A stretch of 64,000 bases of DNA from an uncultured Bordetella sp. (GCA_964460315.1 CAYWPQ010000002.1:20926-84925), one strand, 5' to 3'; shown: positions 51,923-63,317, numbered from the stretch's first letter. Numbers and translations: made by a program. The notes: generated by a model not told the origin, from the letters alone.

Positions 51923-52579
51923 ATGACCATTATTCGTCTCTTGAACCGTTGGATGACAGGCCTACTCGTGGGCCTGATGTCCAGTGTCGTGTTTGCCCAG
52001 GCCACAGCTGCTCCGGACGAACTCATTCGTACGGTGACCCAGGGTGTGTTGGATCAAATTCGGTCCGATCGTTCCCTGCAAACGGGAAGCATTGAGCGTT
52101 TGAACACCCTGGTGGATCAGCGTGTCATGCCTTACGTGAATTTTCAACGCATGACGGCGCTGGCAGTGGGGCGCAATTGGCGCCAGGCCACACCCGATCA
52201 GCAGCAGCAGCTGATGACCGAATTTCGCAGGCTCTTACTTTTAACCTATGCCGACGCGGTTCGTCAGGTGACAGACACCACCATTCAAATTCGACCCATG
52301 CGCTCGAAGCCCGACGATGACGAGGTCATCGTTCGAACCCAGGTGCTTCGTCCAGGCAAGGAGGCCATTCAGCTTGATTACCGGCTGGAAAAGTCGGGCG
52401 CCAGCTGGAAGATCTTCGACCTCAACATCCTCGGCCTTTGGCTGGTTGAGCATTACCGTAACCAGTTCACGCAGGTGGTTGGAGCCAGCGGCATTAATGG
52501 CCTGATTCAATCGCTGCAAGACAAGAATCGAACATTGGCAGCGAATGCTGGCGGCAGGCAGGCGTCGAAGTCACCATGA
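51923..52579 (+). CDS. mlaC: MlaC/Ttg2D periplasmic phospholipid-binding protein
   Basis: Signal peptide, NFQRMTALAVGRNWRQATPDQQ, SWKIFDLNILG. Confidence 0.85.
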   Translation: MTIIRLLNRWMTGLLVGLMSSVVFAQATAAPDELIRTVTQGVLDQIRSDRSLQTGSIERLNTLVDQRVMPYVNFQRMTALAVGRNWRQATPDQQQQLMTEFRRLLLLTYADAVRQVTDTTIQIRPMRSKPDDDEVIVRTQVLRPGKEAIQLDYRLEKSGASWKIFDLNILGLWLVEHYRNQFTQVVGASGINGLIQSLQDKNRTLAANAGGRQASKSP

Positions 52580-52905
52580 GCCATGATCTGCGGCTGAGCT
52601 TCAAAGGCTCGCTGACGGTCGCGAATGCTTCGGCGGAATTGGCCAGACATCAGCTGGTCTTGCGGGAAAAACGTCAGACCTTACCTCGTAAAATCCTTGC
52701 CGACTTAAGCCAGCTGCATGCGGTCGACACCGCGGCCTTGGCCGTGTTGATTCAACTCGACCGCGAGGTTCGGGCCCAGCTTGGTCAGCCCATCTCGATT
52801 GTTGGCGCGCCTGAAAACCTGATCTCACTGGCTAGGTTGAGCTCTTTGCTTGATGTCCTCGACTGGGACCTTGCCAATCACCCGAATTCACCCTCTCAAG
52901 TTTGA
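52576..52905 (+). CDS. STAS-domain protein (MlaB-like)
   Basis: 109 aa, SQLHAVDTAALAVLIQLDRE; position directly after mlaC. Confidence 0.7.
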   Translation: MSHDLRLSFKGSLTVANASAELARHQLVLREKRQTLPRKILADLSQLHAVDTAALAVLIQLDREVRAQLGQPISIVGAPENLISLARLSSLLDVLDWDLANHPNSPSQV

Positions 52906-52906
52906 T

Positions 52907-53668
52907 ATGACGACCTCTGAGCTTTCTGCGGTTCAGGTGAACGCCGTATCCAAGACCTACCAAAGCCGAGATCGTCAGGTGAACGCGCTGAGCGACGTGA
53001 GCCTTCAGGTGCGCCAGGGCGATTTCGTGGGCCTATTAGGCCCCAATGGCGCGGGTAAAACCACGTTGATTCAGATTCTTGCTGGGCTTGTCCATCCCAC
53101 GTCGGGCTCGGCCTCGGTCATGGGTTTCGATGTGGCCCGTCAGTCGGTTGCCGCCAAACGCTGCCTCGGTGTGGTGCCCCAGGAACTGGTGTTTGATCCG
53201 TTTTTCACGGTTCGCGAAACGCTCCGAATTCAGTCGGGTTATTTCGGGCTGTCCCGAAACGACGACTGGATTGATGCGCTCCTTCATCACCTTGGTTTGG
53301 CCGACAAGGCTGAGGCGAATATGCGGGCATTGTCGGGTGGCATGAAACGTCGGGTCTTGGTGGCTCAGGCCCTGGTGCATAAGCCACCCGTGATTGTTCT
53401 GGATGAGCCCACGGCCGGAGTGGATGTTGAACTTCGGCAAAGCCTTTGGGCGTTCATCAAGGGGCTGAACCAGCAGGGGCACACGGTCATTCTGACCACC
53501 CACTACCTGGAAGAGGCCGAGTCACTCTGTCGGCGAATCATTCTTTTGAAGTCGGGCCGGGTCTTGGCGGATGCCCCCACAGCAGAGCTGCTCACTCAGT
53601 CGGAAGACAGTCTTGAAACCGTGTTTCTGCGCATGCTGCGCGAGGCCAATCCCGCAGCCGTCACCTGA
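52907..53668 (+). CDS. ABC transporter ATP-binding protein (ABC-2/YadG-like) with no adjacent permease
   Basis: [45 protein letters not shown]; ATG 52907 starts 1 nt after the upstream stop. Confidence 0.85.
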   Translation: MTTSELSAVQVNAVSKTYQSRDRQVNALSDVSLQVRQGDFVGLLGPNGAGKTTLIQILAGLVHPTSGSASVMGFDVARQSVAAKRCLGVVPQELVFDPFFTVRETLRIQSGYFGLSRNDDWIDALLHHLGLADKAEANMRALSGGMKRRVLVAQALVHKPPVIVLDEPTAGVDVELRQSLWAFIKGLNQQGHTVILTTHYLEEAESLCRRIILLKSGRVLADAPTAELLTQSEDSLETVFLRMLREANPAAVT

Positions 53669-53692
53669 TCACGCGGAGGCCAGACGGTTACA

Positions 53693-53944
53693 ATGACCGC
53701 TATGGTGACTCCGCAAGCAATTCAAGATTACATCGGTCAAGGCCTGGTCTGTCAGCACCTCTCGGTGGAGGGTGATGGCCATCACTTTGAGGCCGTGATC
53801 GTCAGCGAGGCCTTCGAAGGCAAACGGCTGATTGCCCGGCATCAGATGGTTTACGCCGTGCTTGGCGACCGCATGAAGGCCGAGATCCACGCCCTGTCGA
53901 TGAAAACACTCACGCCCTCCGAATGGGCGTCCTCCAACGCCTAG
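53693..53944 (+). CDS. BolA family protein (IbaG/YrbA-like)
   Basis: 83 aa, [28 protein letters not shown]...IHALSMKT. Confidence 0.85.
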   Translation: MTAMVTPQAIQDYIGQGLVCQHLSVEGDGHHFEAVIVSEAFEGKRLIARHQMVYAVLGDRMKAEIHALSMKTLTPSEWASSNA

Positions 53945-53969
53945 CCCGCCAGTATCGGTCAACCTGTCC

Positions 53970-55286
53970 ATGGATCGTTTCAAAATCTCAGGCGGATCGC
54001 CCTTGCAGGGTGAGGTGATCGTGTCGGGCGCAAAAAATGCAGCCCTGCCGATTCTCTGCGCATCCATTCTCTCGGCTGAACCTTTGGTGCTTGCGAATGT
54101 GCCGCATCTGCATGATGTGAACACCATGAAAAAGCTCCTCGTGCAGATGGGCGTTCGTGTCGATGTCGCCACGCCCAATGCTCGTGGGCAAGATCGCGTA
54201 ACCCTCACCTCGGACGCGCTCACGCATCTTCAGGCGCCCTATGAACTGGTCAAAACCATGCGTGCGTCCGTGCTGGTTTTGGGCCCCATGTTGGCTCGTT
54301 TTGGCGAGGCCTTGGTCAGCCTTCCTGGCGGCTGCGCCATCGGCCAGCGGCCGGTGGATCAGCACATCAAAGGTCTTGCTGCGATGGGTGCGGATATTCG
54401 CATTGAGCATGGCTACATCAAGGCCCAGGCCAAACGCTTGAAGGGCGCAAGAATCGTGACCGATATGGTCACGGTGACGGGCACTGAAAACCTTCTCATG
54501 GCGGCAACCCTCGCCGAGGGAACCACAGTGATCGACAACGCAGCCCGCGAGCCTGAAGTGGTTGACTTGGCCAACTGCCTCATCGCCATGGGTGCTCATA
54601 TTGAAGGTGCAGGCACCGACAGGATCGTTGTTCACGGTGTTGAGCGCCTGCATGGCGCCGAACATGCGGTCATGGCTGACCGCATTGAAGCAGGCACCTT
54701 CCTCTGCGCGGTCGCTGCTGCGGGGGGTGATGTGCATGTCCGCCATGCGGAGCCTCTCGCCATGACGGCCACACTCGAAAAACTCAGAGAGGCGGGCCTT
54801 GGGCTGCGCGAAACATCGAATGGTATTCAGGTGACGGCGCAGCAGCGCCCGAAGGCCTTTAATTTCCGCACGGCGCCATTTCCGGGCCTGGCCACGGACA
54901 TGCAGGCTCAGCTCATGGCGGTGGCCGCGGTGGCCGAAGGCACAAGCATCATCACGGAAACTATTTTTGAAAATCGCTTCATGCATGTGCAGGAGCTTCG
55001 CCGGCTTGGGGCGAATATCGAAGTTGACGGCCACACGGCCGTGGTCAAGGGGGTCGGCAAGCTCTCGGGTGCCCGGGTCATGGCCACCGATCTTCGTGCT
55101 TCGGCAGGGCTCGTCATTGCGGGTCTGGTTGCCGAGGGCGAAACCGAAATTGACCGCATCTACCATCTCGATCGTGGCTACGATCGCATGGAAGAAAAGT
55201 TAAAGGGTCTTGGGGCTCGTGTCACCCGTCTTCGTGGCGACGCTTCGGCGACCCCAAGCGCTGAACATGTGGAGCCCAACTCATGA
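53970..55286 (+). CDS. murA: UDP-N-acetylglucosamine 1-carboxyvinyltransferase
   Basis: [29 protein letters not shown]; active-site loop [15 protein letters not shown]. Confidence 0.95.
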   Translation: MDRFKISGGSPLQGEVIVSGAKNAALPILCASILSAEPLVLANVPHLHDVNTMKKLLVQMGVRVDVATPNARGQDRVTLTSDALTHLQAPYELVKTMRASVLVLGPMLARFGEALVSLPGGCAIGQRPVDQHIKGLAAMGADIRIEHGYIKAQAKRLKGARIVTDMVTVTGTENLLMAATLAEGTTVIDNAAREPEVVDLANCLIAMGAHIEGAGTDRIVVHGVERLHGAEHAVMADRIEAGTFLCAVAAAGGDVHVRHAEPLAMTATLEKLREAGLGLRETSNGIQVTAQQRPKAFNFRTAPFPGLATDMQAQLMAVAAVAEGTSIITETIFENRFMHVQELRRLGANIEVDGHTAVVKGVGKLSGARVMATDLRASAGLVIAGLVAEGETEIDRIYHLDRGYDRMEEKLKGLGARVTRLRGDASATPSAEHVEPNS

Positions 55287-55924
55287 TGACCTTTGCCCTG
55301 TCGAAGGGACGAATCTTTGAAGAAGCACTTCCGCTTCTCAATTCTGTGGGCATCATCCCCACCGAATCGCCGGAATCATCACGCAAACTGATTCTCTCGA
55401 CCAATCGCCCCGATCTTCGCCTGCTGATTGTTCGCGCCAGTGACGTCCCAACCTATGTTCGGTACGGCGCAGCGGACATGGGAATTGCTGGTGGAGACGT
55501 GCTCTCTGAGCAAGGAAGTGAGGGGCTGGTTCAGCCTGTGGACCTTCGAATTGGACGATGCCGCATGAGTGTGGCCGTGCCCGACGCCCTGGACTATGAC
55601 GCCCTCGTGCATCGTGGCGCGCGCATTCGAGTGGCCACCAAATACCTATCAACCGCACGAGACCACTTTGCCCGCAAAGGGGTCCATGTGGACCTGATCA
55701 AGCTCTATGGCTCGATGGAACTTGCGCCACTCGTTGGGCTTGCCGATGTCATTGTGGATCTTGTCTCGACGGGCGGCACCTTGAAGGCCAATGGCCTGAA
55801 AGAGGTTGAGAAAATTGCGGACGTCTCGGCTCGGCTGATTGTGAATCAGGCCGCCTTGAAGACACGCCCCGAGCTTCTTCGTCCTTTGGTCGAAACCTTT
55901 GCCAAGGCCGCAAGTCAGAAATAG
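55283..55924 (+). CDS. hisG: ATP phosphoribosyltransferase (short form)
   Basis: [27 protein letters not shown]; 213 aa; ATGA overlap with murA. Confidence 0.95.
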   Translation: MMTFALSKGRIFEEALPLLNSVGIIPTESPESSRKLILSTNRPDLRLLIVRASDVPTYVRYGAADMGIAGGDVLSEQGSEGLVQPVDLRIGRCRMSVAVPDALDYDALVHRGARIRVATKYLSTARDHFARKGVHVDLIKLYGSMELAPLVGLADVIVDLVSTGGTLKANGLKEVEKIADVSARLIVNQAALKTRPELLRPLVETFAKAASQK

Positions 55925-55965
55925 GCCATCAACCTTTTCACAGACCCTTTGCGCTAATTTCTCTC

Positions 55966-57270
55966 ATGACTCCCGTTCGCGTCACCCGTCTTTCTTCAAC
56001 CCAGCCCGACTTCCAATCGCGGCTCGCGACGCTTTTGCGTTTCGACGCAGCGCAAGACGAGGCCATTGGGCAGACGGTGAAAGCCATCGTTGCCGACATT
56101 CGCGCCCGTGGTGACGAGGCCTTGCTTGAGACCACCGCTCGATTCGATCAGGTGAAAGCCAGTTCGGTGGCCGAACTTGAAATTCCCAAGTCGGAACTCA
56201 TGCATGCGCTTGACCAGCTTTCGCCAGAGCAGCGCCACGCCCTGGAAGAGGCCGCCCAACGCATTCGTACTTTTCATGAGCTTCAAAAGCAGTCGTCATG
56301 GACACACACCGATGCCCTTGGCAACCAGCTTGGCCAGCGCGTCTCTGCGCTCGACCGGGCAGGGCTTTATGTGCCCGGCGGTAAGGCGGCTTACCCGTCG
56401 TCGGTGCTGATGAACGCCATTCCTGCCAAGGTGGCGGGCGTGGCCGAAGTCATCATGGTGGTGCCCACGCCCCAGGGTGTGCGCAACCATCTGGTTCTGG
56501 CGGCGGCGGCCATTGCGGGTGTGGATCGTGTCTTTACGATCGGCGGAGCGCAGGCGGTTGCCGCGCTTGCCTACGGCACAGCCACCATTCCCAGCGTCGA
56601 CAAGATTGTGGGCCCAGGAAATGCCTATGTGGCCGAAGCGAAGCGTCAGGTCTTTGGCCAGGTGGGCATTGACATGATTGCTGGCCCCTCAGAGATTCTG
56701 GTGATCTGCGACGGCAAAACCCCGCCAGACTGGGTGGCGATGGATCTTTTTTCACAGGCCGAGCACGACGAACTGGCCCAGGCGATTCTTCTCACACCCG
56801 ACGCCGCCTACATCGATGCCGTGCAGGCTTCGATCGATCGCCTCATTCTTGATATGCCCAGAGCCGCCGTCATTCGAACCTCGATGGAAAATCGTGGCGC
56901 GCTCATTCATGTGCGTGATCTTGATGAGGCCTGCCAGATTGCATCCACCATTGCGGCCGAGCACCTCGAGGTGTCGACCGATCAACCCGAGGTCTGGGCC
57001 GACAAGATCCGGCACGCCGGTGCCATCTTCATGGGTCGATACGCTTCGGAATCCCTTGGCGATTACTGTGCTGGGCCGAACCATGTCCTGCCGACCATGC
57101 GCACAGCCAGGTTCTCATCGCCTTTGGGCGTTTATGACTTCCAAAAGCGTACCAGCATGATCAACATCAGCGAATCTGGCGCCCAGTCGCTTGGCCGTGT
57201 GGCCTCAATCCTTGCCCACGGCGAGCATCTCACGGCCCACGCACGAGCCGCCGAACTCAGGCTGAAGTAA
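55966..57270 (+). CDS. hisD: Histidinol dehydrogenase
   Basis: [43 protein letters not shown]. Confidence 0.95.
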   Translation: MTPVRVTRLSSTQPDFQSRLATLLRFDAAQDEAIGQTVKAIVADIRARGDEALLETTARFDQVKASSVAELEIPKSELMHALDQLSPEQRHALEEAAQRIRTFHELQKQSSWTHTDALGNQLGQRVSALDRAGLYVPGGKAAYPSSVLMNAIPAKVAGVAEVIMVVPTPQGVRNHLVLAAAAIAGVDRVFTIGGAQAVAALAYGTATIPSVDKIVGPGNAYVAEAKRQVFGQVGIDMIAGPSEILVICDGKTPPDWVAMDLFSQAEHDELAQAILLTPDAAYIDAVQASIDRLILDMPRAAVIRTSMENRGALIHVRDLDEACQIASTIAAEHLEVSTDQPEVWADKIRHAGAIFMGRYASESLGDYCAGPNHVLPTMRTARFSSPLGVYDFQKRTSMINISESGAQSLGRVASILAHGEHLTAHARAAELRLK

Positions 57271-57329
57271 GACTCCGTGAAGCAAGACTTCGACAAGACT
57301 CCGCTGAGGGCGCGAGTCTATTGGTCTTT

Positions 57330-58418
57330 TTAGGGCTTCGCCAAGATGTCTCGCAGCGCCTTGATCAGCGCGGCGATTTGATGATCGGTCCCGACGGTGA
57401 TGCGAAGAAACTGATCAATCTTTGGCTTGGCGAAATGACGCACGATGATCTTCGCCTCGCGAAGTTTCTGAGCGATCACTGCAGCGTCATGTTCGGGGTG
57501 GCGTGCAAACACGAAGTTCGCCTTCGAGGGCACCACCTCAAACCCCAATGACTCAAGGCCTAACGTCATGACGCCTCGGCTGGCAATGACCTTTTGGCGA
57601 TTGGTCTCAAACCATTCTCGGTCGTCCATTGCGGCGGCGGCCGCGGCGCCAGCGAGTCGATCAATGGGGTAAGAGTTAAAGCTGTTTTTAATTCGATTCA
57701 GCGCATCCAGCAGATGTGGCTGCCCAATGGCAAATCCCACCCGAATTCCTGCCAGCGCCCGGGACTTCGACAGTGATTGGGTCACCAAGAGATTCGGGTA
57801 GCGAAGGGTCAGTGGAACGCAGGACTCGGCGCCGAAATCGACATAGGCCTCGTCGACCACCACCATCAGATGGGGCCGCGATTTCAGCAAGGCCTCCACT
57901 TCATCTCGGGTCACGGCTTGGCCCGTGGGGGCATTCGGGTTGGGGAAAATGGCGGCGCCAGCATTCTGTGGGATGGCGCTCAGATCCAGTGAAAAATCGT
58001 CGGCCAGTGCAAGGGTGTTATAGCCAATGCCGTAGAGCGCGCAGTAGCTTGGGTAAAAGCTGTAGCTGATCTCTGGAAACACCAGAGGCCCACGGTTTGC
58101 CTGGCCATCAGGTCTGCGACCGTCCAGCAGGCCCTGAAAGACAAAGGCAAGCACCTCGTCTGATCCGTTACCAACAAATACATGGCTGCCTGGCACCTTC
58201 CAGTGTCGGGCAATGGCCTGGCCAAGCCCCGTTGACTCAGGGTCGGGATAGAGCCGAAGGCTCTCCTGGGTCGTCGCCTGGATAGCAGCGAAGGCCTTGT
58301 TCGAGGGTGGATAGGGATTCTCGTTGGTGTTGAGTTTGATCAACCCTTCGATTTTCGGCTGCTCGCCCGGGGTGTAGGGGGTCAGGCCACCCACCACTGA
58401 ACTCCAGAATTCACTCAT
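57330..58418 (-). CDS. hisC: Histidinol-phosphate aminotransferase, inverted relative to the rest of the his cluster
   Basis: [11 protein letters not shown]...[15 protein letters not shown]-Lys motif [18 protein letters not shown]. Confidence 0.9.
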   Translation of the reverse strand: MSEFWSSVVGGLTPYTPGEQPKIEGLIKLNTNENPYPPSNKAFAAIQATTQESLRLYPDPESTGLGQAIARHWKVPGSHVFVGNGSDEVLAFVFQGLLDGRRPDGQANRGPLVFPEISYSFYPSYCALYGIGYNTLALADDFSLDLSAIPQNAGAAIFPNPNAPTGQAVTRDEVEALLKSRPHLMVVVDEAYVDFGAESCVPLTLRYPNLLVTQSLSKSRALAGIRVGFAIGQPHLLDALNRIKNSFNSYPIDRLAGAAAAAAMDDREWFETNRQKVIASRGVMTLGLESLGFEVVPSKANFVFARHPEHDAAVIAQKLREAKIIVRHFAKPKIDQFLRITVGTDHQIAALIKALRDILAKP

Positions 58419-58452
58419 GGCGCGAATGTATCATTGCGGGAAAGGAGCCGTC

Positions 58453-59043
58453 ATGAGAACCGCTGAAATCAGTCGCGAAACCGCCGAGACCCAGATCCGA
58501 GTGGCCATTAACCTGGATGGCACGGGTGAACGAAGCCTGGATTCAGGCCTGCCTTTTCTCGACCACATGCTGGACCAGATCGCTCGTCATGGCCTGATTG
58601 ATCTTCAGGTGAAGGCCAAGGGCGACCTCGAAATCGACGCTCACCACACGGTGGAAGATCTTGGCATCACCCTGGGCCAGGCCTTTGCCAAAGCGATGGG
58701 TGACAAGCGCGGCGTGCGCCGATATGGCCATGCCTATGTGCCTCTTGACGAAGCGCTCTCTCGGGTGGTGGTGGACTTATCGGGACGACCCGGCCTTGAG
58801 TTCGGCGTGGTCTGGAAGCGAGGCATGGTGGGCCAATTCGACCTCGATCTGATTCACGAATTTTTCCAAGGCTTTGTCAATCACGCGCTGGTGACCGTGC
58901 ATATCGACAATCTCAAAGGCGAAAACGCTCACCATCAGTGCGAGACGATCTTCAAAGCGTTTGCACGCGCTCTGCGCATGGCGGTCGAACCGGACCCACG
59001 CCTGGCACAAGACGCCATTCCTTCGACCAAAGGCTCGCTCTAG
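58453..59043 (+). CDS. hisB: Imidazoleglycerol-phosphate dehydratase
   Basis: [43 protein letters not shown]; AAAGGAG RBS. Confidence 0.95.
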   Translation: MRTAEISRETAETQIRVAINLDGTGERSLDSGLPFLDHMLDQIARHGLIDLQVKAKGDLEIDAHHTVEDLGITLGQAFAKAMGDKRGVRRYGHAYVPLDEALSRVVVDLSGRPGLEFGVVWKRGMVGQFDLDLIHEFFQGFVNHALVTVHIDNLKGENAHHQCETIFKAFARALRMAVEPDPRLAQDAIPSTKGSL

Positions 59044-59099
59044 TGGTGGTCGGGTTGATGGCCCGCCTGCCGGGCCTCTGAAGTGACAAGGGTGTTGAT

Positions 59100-59735
59100 G
59101 TGATTGCCATCATTGATTACGGATCAGGAAACCTGCGCAGCGTGCTGCGCGCCTTCCACAAGGTGGCGCCGGGGCTTGACGTTCAGATTGTGGCCAATCC
59201 CGATCAGGTCCGAGCCGCAGAGCGCGTGGTCTTTCCTGGTCAGGGTGCCATGCCCGACTGCATGGCCAGCCTTTTGCGCTCGGGCCTCCAAGAGGCCATT
59301 CTTGAAGCTTGTCGAAAGAAACCTTTCCTGGGTATCTGTGTCGGAGAACAAATGCTCTTCGACCACAGTGAAGAAGGTGACACCCCTGGCCTTGGTGTGA
59401 TGCGCGGTAAGGTGGTGAAATTTTCGGCCGAACGCGGCTGCGTGGATTCCGAAGGCCGTGCGCTCAAGGTGCCGCACATGGGCTGGAATTCGGTGCGCTG
59501 GGCATGCGATCACCCAGTCATGAAGGGAGTTCCCCAGGGCGAATGGTTTTATTTTGTGCACAGCTTTCATGCAGAACCCTCGGATCACCAAGACATTCTT
59601 GGTGAGAGTGATTATGGTCAGCGCTTTACCTGTGCAGTCGCGAGAGATAACATCGTTGCAACGCAGTTTCATCCCGAAAAAAGCGCTGCCGCAGGCCTGC
59701 AGCTCTTGTCGAATTTTGTGTCTTGGAACCCGTAA
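59100..59735 (+). CDS. hisH: Imidazole glycerol phosphate synthase, glutamine amidotransferase subunit
   Basis: [29 protein letters not shown]; GTG start. Confidence 0.95.
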   Translation: MIAIIDYGSGNLRSVLRAFHKVAPGLDVQIVANPDQVRAAERVVFPGQGAMPDCMASLLRSGLQEAILEACRKKPFLGICVGEQMLFDHSEEGDTPGLGVMRGKVVKFSAERGCVDSEGRALKVPHMGWNSVRWACDHPVMKGVPQGEWFYFVHSFHAEPSDHQDILGESDYGQRFTCAVARDNIVATQFHPEKSAAAGLQLLSNFVSWNP

Positions 59736-59770
59736 TGGTTGGAACCCATCATGATTAGGCAGCTCAGCGT

Positions 59771-60517
59771 ATGTTGTTGATCCCCGCGATTGATCTCAAA
59801 GACGGCCAGTGTGTTCGTCTGAAGCAAGGCGATCTTGCCGATGCCACAATTTTTTCGGACCATCCAGGTGAGATGGCCCAACACTGGCGCTCGCTTGGCG
59901 CTCGCCGTCTGCATGTGGTGGATCTCAACGGCGCCGTTGCGGGCCGCCCCAAAAATGAATCGGCAATTAAGGCCATCATCAAGGCGGCGGGCGATGAAAT
60001 GCCGGTGCAGATTGGCGGCGGCATTCGCGACCTGGACACCATCGAGCGATTCCTTGATGACGGCGCAAGCTTCATTGTGATTGGCACGGCTGCGGTGAAA
60101 AATCCCGGCCTGCTTCAAGACGCCTGCGTGGCGTTTCCTGGCCACATCATTGTCTCGATTGACGCCAAAGACGGTAAGGTCGCCACGGACGGCTGGAGCA
60201 AACTCTCTGGCCATGAGGTGATCGATCTCGCGAAAAAGTTTGAAGACTACGGTGTGGAATCCATTCTTTACACGGACATTGGGCGTGACGGAATGCTCAC
60301 GGGGGTCAACCTCGAGGCCACGGTGAAGCTGGCGCAAAGTGTGGCCATCCCTGTGATCGCCAGTGGGGGCATCGCCAGTATGAAAGACATCGAAGACCTC
60401 TGTGCTGTTGCCGCTGAGGGGGTTGAGGCGGCCATCCTTGGCCGCTCGCTCTACGAAGGCCACATCGACTTTGCAAAGGCGCAAAAGCGCGCTGACGAAC
60501 TCTCGGAAAGCGAGTGA
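59771..60517 (+). CDS. hisA: ProFAR isomerase (HisA)
   Basis: [38 protein letters not shown]. Confidence 0.95.
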   Translation: MLLIPAIDLKDGQCVRLKQGDLADATIFSDHPGEMAQHWRSLGARRLHVVDLNGAVAGRPKNESAIKAIIKAAGDEMPVQIGGGIRDLDTIERFLDDGASFIVIGTAAVKNPGLLQDACVAFPGHIIVSIDAKDGKVATDGWSKLSGHEVIDLAKKFEDYGVESILYTDIGRDGMLTGVNLEATVKLAQSVAIPVIASGGIASMKDIEDLCAVAAEGVEAAILGRSLYEGHIDFAKAQKRADELSESE

Positions 60518-60540
60518 GAGCCCGTTAAAAGGGCCGCACC

Positions 60541-61308
60541 ATGCTTGCCAAACGAATCATTCCCTGCCTGGATGTCAACGCAGGACGGGTTGTCAAAGGG
60601 GTGAACTTCGTTGGCCTTCGTGACGCCGGTGACCCGGTTCAAATTGCTCGCCAGTATGATCAACAAGGCGCCGACGAGGTCACCTTCTTGGACATCACCG
60701 CATCCAGCGACGCGCGTGATCTCATTCTTCCCGTGATTGAGGCAGTGGCCGATCAGGTTTTTATTCCCTTGACGGTGGGCGGGGGGGTTCGTACGGTTGA
60801 CGATGTGCGCCGCCTGCTCAATGCCGGCGCCGACAAAATCAGCATCAACACGGCCGCCATCCAGAACCCGTCGCTTGTGCGGGACTGCTCGGAAAAGTTT
60901 GGCGCCCAGTGCATTGTCGTGGCGATTGATGCCAAGCGCACAGGTGATCACTGGGAGGTCTTCACCCATGGCGGACGCAATCCCACGGGCCTGAATGCGG
61001 TCGACTGGGCACGCGAAGTGGCCAGGCTTGGCGCCGGAGAAATTCTTCTCACCAGCATGGACCGTGACGGCACAGGCCAAGGCTTTGACCTGGGCCTGAC
61101 CCGGGCTGTGTCGCAGGCCGTGAACATTCCAGTGATTGCCAGTGGCGGGGTGGGCTCGCTCAACGATCTCGTGGCCGGAGTGACCGAGGGCGCCGCTGAC
61201 GCGGTGTTGGCGGCCTCAATTTTTCATTTTGGACAGCACACGATTGGTGAGGCCAAGCAGTTCATGGCGGATCATGGTGTTTGTGTTCGTTCAGCGAGGG
61301 CCTTATGA
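60541..61308 (+). CDS. hisF: Imidazole glycerol phosphate synthase, cyclase subunit
   Basis: [36 protein letters not shown]. Confidence 0.95.
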   Translation: MLAKRIIPCLDVNAGRVVKGVNFVGLRDAGDPVQIARQYDQQGADEVTFLDITASSDARDLILPVIEAVADQVFIPLTVGGGVRTVDDVRRLLNAGADKISINTAAIQNPSLVRDCSEKFGAQCIVVAIDAKRTGDHWEVFTHGGRNPTGLNAVDWAREVARLGAGEILLTSMDRDGTGQGFDLGLTRAVSQAVNIPVIASGGVGSLNDLVAGVTEGAADAVLAASIFHFGQHTIGEAKQFMADHGVCVRSARAL

Positions 61309-61748
61309 ACTCGACGCAATCCGTTGCTTGGCTTGACGACATCGCCTGGGACGACCGTGGACTGGTGATGGCCATCGCGCAGGATGCGGTGACGCATCGG
61401 GTCTTGATGGTTGCCTGGATGAATCGGGAATCACTTGAGGAAACCGCCCGAACGGGGCAGGCCGTTTATTTTTCGCGGTCTCGTGGCCGACTCTGGCACA
61501 AGGGCGAGGAGTCTGGCCATCGGCAGAAAGTCTCCGAGATTCGGCTCGATTGCGACGGCGATGTCATCTTGCTCATGATCGAGCAGGTGGGTGGTATTGC
61601 CTGTCACACCGGCCGAGAGTCATGCATGTATCGCAGGCTTGAACCCCAGGGCCAAGGCGCCACCCAGGCCAGTGGTCGTTGGGTCTGGCACGCCGTGGAC
61701 CCTGTCCTGAAAGACCCCGAAGAGATTTATTCTTCGAAAAAGCCCTAA
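61305..61748 (+). CDS. hisI: Phosphoribosyl-AMP cyclohydrolase
   Basis: [39 protein letters not shown]; ATGA overlap with hisF. Confidence 0.9.
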   Translation: MNSTQSVAWLDDIAWDDRGLVMAIAQDAVTHRVLMVAWMNRESLEETARTGQAVYFSRSRGRLWHKGEESGHRQKVSEIRLDCDGDVILLMIEQVGGIACHTGRESCMYRRLEPQGQGATQASGRWVWHAVDPVLKDPEEIYSSKKP

Positions 61749-61758
61749 GATCCCGCTC

Positions 61759-62157
61759 ATGAGCTCCAAGCCTTCGACCCCGATCCATCCACAGAGCCTT
61801 CCGGCGGACGCCGATCTGCAAGATCCAGACCTTGTGTTGTCGCGCCTGGCCGATGTCATTGCCAGCCGCCGCGGCCTCGACCCGTCAAGCTCCTATGTCG
61901 CCAGGCTGCTCAGCGCAGCGCCGGATGCTGCGCTCAAAAAAGTGGGCGAAGAAGCCGCCGAGGTCATCATGGCTGCAAAAGATGCGGTGCCTGACCGCCT
62001 GGTCAGCGAGATGGCCGATCTCTGGTTTCACTGTCTGGTGGCCCTGGTGCAGGCAGGGCTTCGGCCTGAGCAGGTGCTTGCTGAACTTGCCCGTCGTGAG
62101 GGCATCTCCGGGCTGGACGAAAAGGCGGCTCGCCGAGCCTCGGAAAAAAATTCATGA
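61759..62157 (+). CDS. hisE: Phosphoribosyl-ATP pyrophosphatase
   Basis: [35 protein letters not shown]. Confidence 0.9.
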   Translation: MSSKPSTPIHPQSLPADADLQDPDLVLSRLADVIASRRGLDPSSSYVARLLSAAPDAALKKVGEEAAEVIMAAKDAVPDRLVSEMADLWFHCLVALVQAGLRPEQVLAELARREGISGLDEKAARRASEKNS

Positions 62158-62492
62158 GCCAAGACCCTCACTGCATTTTTTGCAAAATTGTTGCGGGCCA
62201 GATCCCTGCCAAAGTGGTCTATGAAGACCAGGATTTCATCGTCTTTCATGACATCCACCCCAAGGCACCGTTGCACCTACTGATCATCCCCAGGCTCCAC
62301 ATTGAGTCCCTTCAGCAGGTGAACAACGACCACATTGACCTCTTGGGGAAAATGCTAGTGCTTGCCCCCAAGCTTGCGGCTGACAATGGCTCCCCCCAGG
62401 GCTTCAAGACCTTGATCAATACCGGCAAAGCGGGCGGACAGGAGGTGTATCATCTTCACATGCACGTTCTAGGCGGGTTTCAGGCCTCTTAA
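62154..62492 (+). CDS. Histidine triad (HIT) nucleotide-binding protein
   Basis: [13 protein letters not shown] and HIT motif HLHMHVLGG. Confidence 0.9.
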   Translation: MSQDPHCIFCKIVAGQIPAKVVYEDQDFIVFHDIHPKAPLHLLIIPRLHIESLQQVNNDHIDLLGKMLVLAPKLAADNGSPQGFKTLINTGKAGGQEVYHLHMHVLGGFQAS

Positions 62493-62530
62493 CACCCGCG
62501 TTCGACAACATTTATTCCTCGGAGACCGTT

Positions 62531-62752
62531 ATGGGTTCCTTTAGCGTTTGGCATTGGTTGGTTGTTCTTTTGATTGTTCTCTTGGTTTTTGGCACCAAAA
62601 AACTTCGTAACCTGGGCTCTGACCTTGGTGGCGCCGTCAAGGGTTTCAAAGACGGCATGAAGGACGCCAGCGCCGGCGCTGACGACACCGCAACCCAGAA
62701 GACAGAAACCCCCACCATTGATGTGCAGGCCAAAGACAAGACACCTCAGTGA
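62531..62752 (+). CDS. tatA: Twin-arginine translocase subunit TatA
   Basis: [33 protein letters not shown]. Confidence 0.9.
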   Translation: MGSFSVWHWLVVLLIVLLVFGTKKLRNLGSDLGGAVKGFKDGMKDASAGADDTATQKTETPTIDVQAKDKTPQ

Positions 62753-62800
62753 CTGACGCCATCGGACTCACTCGTGAGATCCGCGGGCCATCGTGTTCTC

Positions 62801-62826
62801 GAGACCCCGAAAGGGGTCTTCGTTTA
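62801..62826 (+). terminator. Intercistronic GAAA-tetraloop hairpin between tatA and tatB (possible partial terminator)
   Basis: AGACCCC-GAAA-GGGGTCT (62802-62819) followed by TCGTTT. Confidence 0.4.
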
Positions 62827-62855
62827 AGAACTTGAGAAGGGCCTGATGCATTCCT

Positions 62856-63317
62856 ATGTTTGATATCGGTTTTTCTGAACTCATCTTGATTGGCGTGGTG
62901 GCCCTTGTGGTGGTGGGCCCCAAGCGTCTGCCCGTCGCTACCCGCACGATTGGCGCCCTTCTTGGCCGTGCCCAGCGTTATGTCAATGACGTGAAGTCCG
63001 ACATTCAACGTCAGGTCGATCTTGAAGAACTTCGAAAGATGAAAGATCAGGTCAAGACCATGGGCGATCAGATTCAGTCGGGCGTTGAAAGTGTGGGTCA
63101 AGAATTTTCAGGAATTGGATCAACGGTCGCCAGTGCCGCCGATGACAACTGGTCTGGCTTTGGGGACGAGCTCACGACGCCGCTTGAGCGTCGGGGTTTG
63201 CATATCCATGCCCCAGAACCATCGTGGTCCGAGCAGGCCGAGCAGCGACGCATTCGCGAGCGGCTGCGTCACCGCATGCGCAAGCGCTTTCTAAAGAAAC
63301 GGCCGAGAGACGAATGA
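62856..63317 (+). CDS. tatB: Twin-arginine translocase subunit TatB
   Basis: MFDIGFSELILIGVVALVVVGPKRLP. Confidence 0.9.
   Translation: MFDIGFSELILIGVVALVVVGPKRLPVATRTIGALLGRAQRYVNDVKSDIQRQVDLEELRKMKDQVKTMGDQIQSGVESVGQEFSGIGSTVASAADDNWSGFGDELTTPLERRGLHIHAPEPSWSEQAEQRRIRERLRHRMRKRFLKKRPRDE

Noticed and set aside
53988-55166. 392-aa minus-strand ORF antisense to murA
   Set aside because: This is a shadow ORF, because the plus-strand frame is clearly MurA. The same reasoning applies to other long antisense ORFs: 1429-2295, 19364-20089, 32726-33382, 38410-39147, 42118-42795, 44271-44954, 47733-48659, 59669-60484 and 60451-61080.
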